Shown piece after piece: positions 1 through 6,508 of a stretch of 49,451 nucleotides of DNA; positions within the stretch are counted from its first letter, which is position 1, and each line of letters starts with the position of its first letter. The notes beneath the pieces were generated by a model, which saw nothing but the letters and a program-made list of their open reading frames with translations, made no database searches and was not told where the DNA came from. Location: positions 1-49,451 of the IMG/VR virus record IMGVR_UViG_3300033696_000009. One strand, 5' to 3'. The position numbers were made by a program, and so were the translations under genes. The stretch is from a virus.

Positions 1-99
1 ATACTTTTTAATGGTGGAAGATCGTTCAACGACTATGATCGATTTGATTTGGTTAGATTTAATGGAGCTGCCGTGAAGGTGATAAGAGTTACGACAGCG
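1..99. repeat. 99-bp terminal direct repeat, identical to 49353..49451 (circular-assembly overlap or terminal redundancy)
   Basis: Read directly: ATACTTTTTAATGGTGGAAG...AGAGTTACGACAGCG occurs at both ends of the window. Confidence 0.95.
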
Positions 100-390
100 C
101 TAGATGGTGGTAAAACGGAACTAGAACTGGGTTCTTTTACGTCGACACGGGATTTTAGCACCGTTTTCAATGGTACTTTTATCATTAATATTCAGCCCTC
201 TTCATCCAATACAGTGCTGTATGTTCAATATCTGAACCAGTCAACGCATCAACTTGAAAACATAGTGGGGCCAATAACGATGACGACAAACAAGATTATG
301 AGAGGCGGGTATTCAATTGGATGCGAGAAAAACTCACCTGACTCATACCCAATTCTGATATCAAATATAACGGACGAATTTGAATACTAG
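1..390 (+). CDS. C-terminal part of the tail spike/fibre (same ORF as 47208..49451, joined through the 99-bp overlap)
   Basis: Frame 1 is open from base 1 to TAG at 388..390. Base 1 equals 49353, which is codon phase 0 of the ORF starting at 47208. Track ORF 49..390 is only the internal TTG-to-stop piece. Confidence 0.85.
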   Translation: MLFNGGRSFNDYDRFDLVRFNGAAVKVIRVTTALDGGKTELELGSFTSTRDFSTVFNGTFIINIQPSSSNTVLYVQYLNQSTHQLENIVGPITMTTNKIMRGGYSIGCEKNSPDSYPILISNITDEFEY

Positions 391-405
391 ATATAGCTTA
401 TAATA

Positions 406-431
406 AAGCCCCGTTAATCGGGGCTTCTTTT
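406..431. terminator. bidirectional intrinsic terminator between the convergent tail-spike gene and the leftward operon
   Basis: AAGCCCCG-ttaat-CGGGGCTT followed by CTTTT. An A-run upstream supplies a T-run on the other strand. Confidence 0.8.
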
Positions 432-622
432 ACCTTCCAAACACTTCATCAAATGCGCGATCAAACTCTTCTTTTTCTTCTTGCGTCATGCATTGCCCTC
501 TAACTCTTTAATTCTTCTGGCTTGCTGACCGATTAGATCAGCTGCATTATTTAGCGCATCTTTAACTTCAGCGCTTAGTTTCTTTCTTGATAGTGTCCGC
601 AATCTCACGGACGCTGGATGAA

Positions 623-922
623 TTAATCTTTCTGCTGTTGCTGCCACTCTGCTAGCTCCTGAACGCTAATACATGAGAACTTCCATTGATCGCCTTCCAA
701 CTCTGGCATATTGAAAAATTCATGATTAAGATAAAGATAATTGCTTGACCCAACACATTCACGCATCCACCCATAAACACCACAAACAACAGGGTGAGAA
801 TAAACCCGCCACTCACCATCGTCATCACACGCAAGACAGTGGCCATCTTTAAACAATCCAGCATCAGGAAGTTTCCCAATCCAAGACCTTACTTGAGATT
901 CATCTAAGTCAAATTCCATCAC
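623..922 (-). CDS. hypothetical protein (99 aa)
   Basis: Track ORF, co-oriented with the leftward operon. The overlapping ORF 652..879 in another frame looks spurious. Confidence 0.6.
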   Translation of the reverse strand: MMEFDLDESQVRSWIGKLPDAGLFKDGHCLACDDDGEWRVYSHPVVCGVYGWMRECVGSSNYLYLNHEFFNMPELEGDQWKFSCISVQELAEWQQQQKD

Positions 923-930
923 TCACCTCA

Positions 931-1209
931 TTAATTATTTTTAAAATGTGCCCAGTCGATATCTTTTATTTTTTCTATATCAACCGCAGCATCCTCAATT
1001 GAGTTAATCGCCTTTCTCAAATTACCATCTGCAACACCACTGCAACCAGCAGCGTTTCCGAGAGAAAGACCATCAACCAAATACTTATAAACACCTTTTT
1101 TAATATTGGAAGACCTTATGTTAGTTCTTCTTATTAGAACCTCTAGCCTTTCCGCGCTCTGACTACCGCGAGTCATTAGTTTTAGTTCTCTCTTTGGTTT
1201 ATTGCTCAC
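931..1209 (-). CDS. putative HTH DNA-binding protein (TrfB/KorA-like arrangement)
   Basis: GTG start overlaps the TGA of the upstream small ORF (GTGA). The segment YLVDGLSLGNAAGCSGVADGNLRKAINSI reads like a helix-turn-helix resembling KorA-type repressors, from memory only. Confidence 0.4.
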   Translation of the reverse strand: MSNKPKRELKLMTRGSQSAERLEVLIRRTNIRSSNIKKGVYKYLVDGLSLGNAAGCSGVADGNLRKAINSIEDAAVDIEKIKDIDWAHFKNN

Positions 1210-1376
1210 AGATAAAAATCTCCGATCAACTTTCTATCCTCAATCAAATCTTCAATAGAGCGCCTAACTCTACCCTTTCTAGCAAGCTCATCAGTAACCT
1301 TCTTGGTAACTGTTGGAGAGCTGTTGATGCGCAAATTAAAACAACGTTCTGAAAACTTTCTAACTGCTGGGTTCAT
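1206..1376 (-). CDS. small protein (56 aa), possibly ribbon-helix-helix
   Basis: Manual translation: MNPAVRKFSERCFNLRINSSPTVTKKVTDELARKGRVRRSIEDLIEDRKLIGDFYL. It is the first ORF after the promoter/operator at 1407..1435 and is stop/start coupled to the next gene. It falls below the track length cutoff. Confidence 0.45.
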   Translation of the reverse strand: MNPAVRKFSERCFNLRINSSPTVTKKVTDELARKGRVRRSIEDLIEDRKLIGDFYL

Positions 1377-1406
1377 TCTACCAACTCCGATTAATCAACT
1401 GGGGTA

Positions 1407-1435
1407 AATGTAACCCCAGTTACGATTGAAGTAAA
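1407..1435 (-). promoter_or_regulatory. leftward promoter with embedded palindromic operator (GTAACTGGGGTTAC)
   Basis: Minus strand reads TTTACT-tcaatc-GTAACTGGGGTTAC-ATT. There is a 17-nt spacer and the -10 is TACATT. The register matches 3856..3884, 3892..3920 and 10375..10403. Confidence 0.6.
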
Positions 1436-1459
1436 CAATTATTATCAGTTAATTGATAA

Positions 1460-2422
1460 TTAATAGCTAAACTCTGTATATGGTAGCTGCCCAGAAACAA
1501 GCAACTTTACAGCCTTAACTGCAAGCTCTTCTGTAAATCCAGCAGCAATATAAACATCCTTTAACTGGCTGTTCACCATTGCTGTGTGATCATGATCTGC
1601 TGCGGCCTTTTCTTTTGCTACTCGGGCAGCTTCAATTTCTGCGTTACGCTTATCGATTATGGCTTTCTCTGCAGCCTTGATGTCGGACACGCGCTTAGAT
1701 TCTGCACGTTCAGAATCTTCAACGCGTTTCTTTTCTGCATTATCAGCGTCAATTTTGCGCTGCTCAATAGCCTGCTGCTCACGAATTCTTGACTGCTCAA
1801 CTTCTAATCTGGCCGCCTCTTCACGCTGCTGAGATTCTATTTTCTCACGCTGGACACGTTCGCTTTCTTCCTTAGCTTTCTGATCTGCAATTCTATTAGC
1901 CTCTTCAGTTGCCTTTCGAGCTACCTCCTTGTCCTGCTCGATACGTTCAAGCCTTGCTTTCTCAGCCTGCCCAGCTCGATAAGCAAAGTCTTTATCCATC
2001 ATCAAAATAGCAAGCTCATAATCGGAATCAATCACGCGCTGATTTTCTTCTGCTTCAACCCTGGCGGCTTCCTCTTCCTTGATTCGTTTTTGCTCAGTCT
2101 CCCAGTCAGTTAGCGGCTTTCTTATCTCTGCTTGCAAATCCGTCAAAAATTCCCTTACCTTTTTTCTGTTTGCATCGATCTTCTTTGGCATTTCTTTATA
2201 TTCAGCAGAAAGAGACTTTCCATTTTCCTCAAGATAGGTTTTAGAATTAGTTACCTTAGTTACATTTGCAGTTATAGCCTTTCGACCTTTTTCAGTAGAA
2301 ATATCAGGAACAACTGATCTTGCTCTCTTTGCTATTCCATCTAAAATGCTGTCAATAGAGTCACCTTTTGTAAAAAATGGTACTAATTTAACTTCTTCCA
2401 ACAAAACTAATTCATTGCTCAT
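1460..2422 (-). CDS. coiled-coil protein, DUF1351-like, associated with the recombination module
   Basis: Track ORF, trimmed to the ATG at 2422, which sits 6 nt after GGAG. The N-terminal region resembles DUF1351 and there is a long Glu/Arg/Lys-rich coiled coil. It lies next to the exonuclease gene. Confidence 0.5.
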   Translation of the reverse strand: MSNELVLLEEVKLVPFFTKGDSIDSILDGIAKRARSVVPDISTEKGRKAITANVTKVTNSKTYLEENGKSLSAEYKEMPKKIDANRKKVREFLTDLQAEIRKPLTDWETEQKRIKEEEAARVEAEENQRVIDSDYELAILMMDKDFAYRAGQAEKARLERIEQDKEVARKATEEANRIADQKAKEESERVQREKIESQQREEAARLEVEQSRIREQQAIEQRKIDADNAEKKRVEDSERAESKRVSDIKAAEKAIIDKRNAEIEAARVAKEKAAADHDHTAMVNSQLKDVYIAAGFTEELAVKAVKLLVSGQLPYTEFSY

Positions 2423-2479
2423 ATCAATCTCCAAATATTTAATTAGGCCGCCAAAGTAGCGGCCAGTGGGTTGTTTATT

Positions 2480-3031
2480 TTATTCTGCTGATAACGATGT
2501 CAATTCTTCCACTTGACGAGGAGATAAGTTACAAGACTTGGTGATACCGCCTAAAGTATCCTGACCGCCTTTAATTGCACCAGCCATGCTCATCTTGTCG
2601 CTATCAAACCGCTCTTCTGAATAATATTGAACCTCAACAACAAGTAGCGGGATCGTCTGCTTAACTCGTACGCGCTTATTCTTTTGTATGTATGCCGTGT
2701 AACCACCTTTATCTACATGAGAAAGCGCGCCAACAACTAGACCGCCAACCTCTTCACCACCCCATTTAACTGTTTTATCACCAATAATTTTAACTGTTTT
2801 ACCAATCCAACTATCTGAATCCTCACCCCATGCACCAGCCAACACGCGGATCATTCCTTTGTTTGGCTTATACGGCTTGCCATTGCACCCAGAGAAGTGA
2901 ACGGTAATAGGTTGCTGATCTGAATTTGTAACATCAACACGTTCGATAAGCGCGATCAAGCTACCGTCGCCAACATCAACATAATTAAGTTGATCAGATT
3001 TTGATTGCATTGCTTTTAATACACTAGGCAT
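2480..3031 (-). CDS. hypothetical protein (183 aa), candidate ssDNA-binding/annealing partner of the exonuclease
   Basis: ATG at 3031 follows GGAGGTG by 6 nt and the gene overlaps the upstream gene by 8 nt. I recognised no known family. The function is inferred from position only. Confidence 0.35.
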   Translation of the reverse strand: MPSVLKAMQSKSDQLNYVDVGDGSLIALIERVDVTNSDQQPITVHFSGCNGKPYKPNKGMIRVLAGAWGEDSDSWIGKTVKIIGDKTVKWGGEEVGGLVVGALSHVDKGGYTAYIQKNKRVRVKQTIPLLVVEVQYYSEERFDSDKMSMAGAIKGGQDTLGGITKSCNLSPRQVEELTSLSAE

Positions 3032-3773
3032 TGTATTCACCTCCCATCTCTTTAACTTTTAACTCAACTTCACCAAGGAACTTCCCCAATACTTCGCGAG
3101 CAACTTGTATAAAATCTTCATAATCAGCACGCTTGATGCCAGTGGTGAATAAATTATTAACCTTGTTGCGGTCATCGAAATGACCAAATATCCAGTATTT
3201 AACCGAGTCATCCATAATCATCGGTGTTAGGCACTGTATTAAATGCTCAGGCGGCACTACATTAGCAATTTGATACTCGATGTGCTTTTTACCCATTTTG
3301 CTTTTAGTCTCATAACCCCCAACAACAACGCCATTTTCATTGAAACAAACTGCATCCGGTGAGAATTTAAAGCGCGGTAGAGTATCACTTACCAGCATGC
3401 CACACGGTACAAAATTAACTCCGTGCTTAACGCTTGCGGCCTCAACTGAAAACGGCTCTAAATCGCAACCGCGCTCCATTTCCGCCGATTGGTAATCGCT
3501 TATTTCAAGCTCACTTTGACGGTCTGAAACAAGCTCGAGAATTAAAGTCATTTGCTTATCAAAGCTCTTCTTGGTCTGCTTTCCATCTTTAACGCAAACT
3601 AGCTTGTTACCTTCAAACTCCCACGTTTTCCCGCCAAGCTCCCAGCTCAATTTAGCATTTGAATAGCAAGCACCTAGCGCTGATTCAAGCTTTGTCCCTG
3701 TAACGCATCCATGACGCTCTTCATGCCACCTATCGCCATTTTCCCCGCCTTGTTTAATATCTAATATAATCAT
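3024..3773 (-). CDS. YqaJ-like viral recombinase exonuclease (lambda Exo-type PD-(D/E)XK)
   Basis: The N-terminal WHEERHGCVTGTKLESALG and the overall length match the YqaJ domain pattern. It is the first gene of the leftward early operon. Confidence 0.75.
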   Translation of the reverse strand: MIILDIKQGGENGDRWHEERHGCVTGTKLESALGACYSNAKLSWELGGKTWEFEGNKLVCVKDGKQTKKSFDKQMTLILELVSDRQSELEISDYQSAEMERGCDLEPFSVEAASVKHGVNFVPCGMLVSDTLPRFKFSPDAVCFNENGVVVGGYETKSKMGKKHIEYQIANVVPPEHLIQCLTPMIMDDSVKYWIFGHFDDRNKVNNLFTTGIKRADYEDFIQVAREVLGKFLGEVELKVKEMGGEYNA

Positions 3774-3855
3774 TTGTAACCACCTTCAAATTAACTTGAC
3801 TATTAACAACCTCTACCATGCTGCTAATGCGAACGACTTTCTCAATCGATAACGA

Positions 3856-3884
3856 ACTGTAACCTCGGTTACATTTAAACGCAA
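3856..3884 (-). promoter_or_regulatory. leftward early promoter with operator GTAACCGAGGTTAC in the spacer
   Basis: Minus strand reads TTGCGT-ttaaat-GTAACCGAGGTTAC-AGT. There is a 17-nt spacer and the -10 is TACAGT. Confidence 0.65.
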
Positions 3885-3891
3885 GCAATTA

Positions 3892-3920
3892 TTGAACTTA
3901 ATTGTAACCCGTGTTACATT
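3892..3920 (+). promoter_or_regulatory. rightward early promoter with operator GTAACCCGTGTTAC in the spacer
   Basis: TTGAAC-ttaatt-GTAACCCGTGTTAC-ATT. There is a 17-nt spacer and the -10 is TACATT. It lies 30 nt upstream of the cro-like gene. Confidence 0.65.
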
Positions 3921-3950
3921 TACCAAAATCAAATATTAATAGGTGAAGAA

Positions 3951-4127
3951 TTGAAGAAGTCAGATATTTTAGAGTTGTTCGGGAGCGCAGTAGCAACAGC
4001 CAAGTTCTTTGGGATCAGTCATGTTGCCGTTGTTAATTGGGGCGAATTAATCCCGAAAGCGAGAGCTTATGAGCTTAAATGCAGAAACAAAAAAGCTAAG
4101 GTTGATATGAGCCTTTATGATAAATAA
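3951..4127 (+). CDS. Cro/YdaS-like HTH protein (58 aa, TTG start)
   Basis: Manual translation: (M)KKSDILELFGSAVATAKFFGISHVAVVNWGELIPKARAYELKCRNKKAKVDMSLYDK. The GISHVAVVNWG...IP..RA motif is typical of Cro/YdaS-type HTH proteins. AGGTG lies upstream. Confidence 0.6.
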   Translation: MKKSDILELFGSAVATAKFFGISHVAVVNWGELIPKARAYELKCRNKKAKVDMSLYDK

Positions 4128-4157
4128 GTTTTAACTAACCAGGTGCGCGGGGTTTGA

Positions 4158-4295
4158 ATGAGTAAACTTACCGAACAAGATCCTGATAAATCGATGGCAT
4201 CTAAAATGATGGCCCTGGCTGAAAAGGTCAAGGCTCGTGATTACAAACTAGCGCATGAGCTTCAAGAGTTGGCGCGTGAATTGATGGGTAAATGA
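4158..4295 (+). CDS. small hypothetical protein (45 aa)
   Basis: Manual ORF MSKLTEQDPDKSMASKMMALAEKVKARDYKLAHELQELARELMGK. Its stop overlaps the rusA start. Confidence 0.4.
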   Translation: MSKLTEQDPDKSMASKMMALAEKVKARDYKLAHELQELARELMGK

Positions 4296-4651
4296 ATATG
4301 AGTTATGAATTTGAAATGCCTTGGCCACCAAGTATAAACGGATACTGGAGAGCAGTTCAGGGGAGGCAGATAATAAGCAAGAGGGGGAGAGAATACCGAG
4401 CGGCAGCAATAAAACACCTTGACGAAATAGGCTTGTCTGGAGAGATGCTGGAATCAAACGTTTCAGTTAGCTTGGTTTTAAACCCTCCAACACTTAGGCG
4501 TTATGATGTAGATAACTTCAATAAAGCATTGTTTGACTCGCTTTCAGAGGCTTCGTTTTGGGTTGATGACGAGCAGGTGCAAAAACTCACAGTGGCAAAA
4601 GGTGAAAAGGTAAAGGGTGGCAACGTAAAGGTAAAGATAGAGCTGATTTAA
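4292..4651 (+). CDS. rusA: RusA-family Holliday junction resolvase
   Basis: PWPPSINGYW...ISKRGREYR...RRYDVDNFNKALFDSL...DDEQV matches the RusA signature. The start could instead be 4298. Confidence 0.85.
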   Translation: MNMSYEFEMPWPPSINGYWRAVQGRQIISKRGREYRAAAIKHLDEIGLSGEMLESNVSVSLVLNPPTLRRYDVDNFNKALFDSLSEASFWVDDEQVQKLTVAKGEKVKGGNVKVKIELI

Positions 4652-4725
4652 ACAAAGAATAACTATCACTTAACTGATAAAAATATCGTTAAGTTATTTA
4701 CTGATTTAAAAATGGAGAGTGGAAA

Positions 4726-5097
4726 ATGAATTTAAATGAATACCAAAAGAAAGCCATGACGTTCGCAAAGTTTAAAAGCCTAGATTACCCGTTCGCAGGA
4801 TTAGCCGAGGAATCTGGTGAGGTTTTAGGTAAACTGGCAAAGGCGCAGCGAAAGTGGGAGATGTGCCAAGAGTCAGTTCTTGAAAATATAGAGCATGGCC
4901 ACTTTGAATCAATGAGCGACAAAGAGATCGAGCTTTACAATTCGATCGGTAAAGAGCTTGGCGATGTGCTGTGGATGGTTCAGGCTTGCGCCAGCGTGTT
5001 AAATATGAATCTTAGTGATATTGCAAATGAAAACATAAACAAGCTTACAGATAGGCTTGAACGAAACGTAATTTGTGGTAGTGGTGATGATCGTTAA
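4726..5097 (+). CDS. mazG: MazG-like nucleotide pyrophosphohydrolase
   Basis: NEYQ...GLAEESGEVLGKLAK...ELGDVLWMV matches the all-alpha NTP-PPase EExxE/ExxD helices. GGAGAG lies upstream. Confidence 0.8.
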   Translation: MNLNEYQKKAMTFAKFKSLDYPFAGLAEESGEVLGKLAKAQRKWEMCQESVLENIEHGHFESMSDKEIELYNSIGKELGDVLWMVQACASVLNMNLSDIANENINKLTDRLERNVICGSGDDR

Positions 5098-5141
5098 CTA
5101 CCGCGCACCTAAACTAGATAAGTTTATTTAAGGAGATTGAT

Positions 5142-5276
5142 GTGAAAAAGTTAACGCAAGAGCAGATAGAAGCTTTAAACGAATTTATTACACACTTAAG
5201 GTATGAATATGAAGGGCCTAGAGATATAGACTCTACAGAAGAATTTATGGACGAATACATATCAGTAAGAAGCTAA
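5142..5276 (+). CDS. small hypothetical protein (44 aa, GTG start)
   Basis: AGGAG sits 6 nt upstream of the GTG. A strong terminator follows. Confidence 0.4.
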   Translation: MKKLTQEQIEALNEFITHLRYEYEGPRDIDSTEEFMDEYISVRS

Positions 5277-5282
5277 AAACAA

Positions 5283-5304
5283 AGCCCACTTAGGTGGGCT
5301 TTTT
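5283..5304 (+). terminator. intrinsic terminator
   Basis: AGCCCAC-ttag-GTGGGCT followed by TTTT. Confidence 0.8.
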
Positions 5305-5332
5305 ATTGGGTTTAATTTGATAAAAACAAAGA

Positions 5333-5361
5333 TTGACATATGACACGCATGAGCATACGAT
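5333..5361 (+). promoter_or_regulatory. sigma70-like promoter
   Basis: TTGACA, 17 nt, TACGAT. Confidence 0.6.
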
Positions 5362-5392
5362 ACATATGAACCGAAAGTAACTAGGAATAAAA

Positions 5393-5641
5393 ATGAAACA
5401 GTACACTTACAACAGCCTTAAAAACTTAGACAGCCGCCAAGAAATGCTTCGAAGTGACATTTCAAGCCTTGGTTGGCAGGCTGGTGGTTTTGGGGTTTTC
5501 AATGAGCAGGCGAGAATGATCACCCTCTCTGGATCTCAAGCTATCAAGTCAGAACTTGAATTATTTACTGCAAGTTTAAAGAATGGATTTGATGTTGATA
5601 TGAATATTGAATGCCCAACACTGGCAAAATTGCTCAAATAA
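5393..5641 (+). CDS. hypothetical protein (82 aa)
   Basis: Track ORF with AGGAATAA upstream. It is the first gene after the promoter at 5333. Confidence 0.55.
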   Translation: MKQYTYNSLKNLDSRQEMLRSDISSLGWQAGGFGVFNEQARMITLSGSQAIKSELELFTASLKNGFDVDMNIECPTLAKLLK

Positions 5642-5690
5642 AAAATCCCGCGCCAACGGGAAATTAATCAAACAACGAGGTAATTGTAGC

Positions 5691-5870
5691 ATGGGAAAGT
5701 TAAAGCTCAGCAAAAAGCAGGTAGACCTTATAGAGTTAATTGAAAAGTGCGATTACTTGCTGGTTAACGATGTTGATAACTCGAAATACCCAAAAAGCAT
5801 GATCGAAGCGCTAGTTAAAAAAGGGTGCTTATTTCATTACGAAGGAAAACTAATGAGCTTATTATCATGA
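5691..5870 (+). CDS. hypothetical protein (59 aa)
   Basis: Track ORF 5607..5870 trimmed to an internal ATG preceded by GAGG, which removes the overlap with 5393..5641. Its stop overlaps the next start (ATGA). Confidence 0.5.
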   Translation: MGKLKLSKKQVDLIELIEKCDYLLVNDVDNSKYPKSMIEALVKKGCLFHYEGKLMSLLS

Positions 5871-6508
5871 ACCAACTAATAGCAACGCAAAGCTTAACAA
5901 TGAGCAGTCGCGAGATTGCAGAGCTTACTAACAAGCGTCACGACAACGTTTTACAGCTAGTAAGAAAGCTTGAATCTGATGGAATTTTAACCCCTGAATT
6001 TCAGGAGACCAATCACAACGGAAGAATGATACCTTTTGCAACTTTGGGTAAGCGTGACTCTATGGTTTTGGTTGCAAGATTATCTCCAGAGTTCACGGCG
6101 GCAATTGTTGATCGCTGGCAAGAACTAGAGTCGAAACAAGCGCCACAACTTCCAGCTACATACCTTGAAGCACTGGAGCATCTAGTATCGAAAGAGAAGT
6201 TATTACTCGAGCAAGCCCCTAAAGTGGCATTTGTTGACAAGTACGTTGAATCAGCAGGCAACAAGGGCTTTAGACAAGTATGCAAACTACTAAAGGCTAA
6301 TGAGACCGAATTCAGAGCTTTCTTGTCTGATAAAAAGATTATGTATCGATTAGGGTCTGAGTGGGTCGCATATCAAAACCATATTGATGCGGGTCGGTTT
6401 AGCACTTCAACGGGTGAAGGTAATGGCCATGTGTTTAACGTGGCTAAATTCACACCTAAAGGTATTCAGTGGGTTGAAGCTCTTTGGTCTGCAAAGGAGG
6501 TTGTTTAA
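5867..6508 (+). CDS. Rha-family regulator with C-terminal KilAC/antirepressor domain
   Basis: MSSREIAELTNKRHDNVL matches the Phage_pRha N-terminus. APKVAFVDKYVES...FRQVCKLL matches the KilAC pattern. The start is trimmed to ATG 5867. Confidence 0.8.
   Translation: MNQLIATQSLTMSSREIAELTNKRHDNVLQLVRKLESDGILTPEFQETNHNGRMIPFATLGKRDSMVLVARLSPEFTAAIVDRWQELESKQAPQLPATYLEALEHLVSKEKLLLEQAPKVAFVDKYVESAGNKGFRQVCKLLKANETEFRAFLSDKKIMYRLGSEWVAYQNHIDAGRFSTSTGEGNGHVFNVAKFTPKGIQWVEALWSAKEVV

Noticed and set aside
430-608. Two tiny coupled minus-strand ORFs: 486..608 (GTG start, 40 aa) and 430..489 (19 aa), joined by ATGA, between gene 623..922 and the terminator.
   Set aside because: They are too short and lack a convincing Shine-Dalgarno. 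They could be real but cannot be supported from sequence alone.
652-879. Track ORF overlapping 623..922 in another frame on the same strand.
   Set aside because: It lies wholly inside a longer ORF, has hydrophobic junk-like composition and has no independent start context.
1586-2317. Plus-strand track ORFs 1586..1792 and 2132..2317 opposite the DUF1351-like gene.
   Set aside because: They are antisense to a well-supported long ORF, with Phe/Leu/Ile/Cys-rich composition typical of the reverse frame of Glu/Lys-rich genes.
4248-4457. Minus-strand ORF opposite rusA.
   Set aside because: It is antisense to a gene with clear RusA motifs and has Leu/Ser-rich composition.
4672-4700. Recurrent AT-rich words ACTGATAAAAA(T/C) at 4674 and 24321, and a variant CTGATAAATTT at 10702.
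   Set aside because: They are short, AT-rich and few in number, which is compatible with chance in intergenic DNA.
6013-6285. Minus-strand ORF opposite the Rha/KilAC gene.
   Set aside because: It is antisense to a recognisable domain gene.
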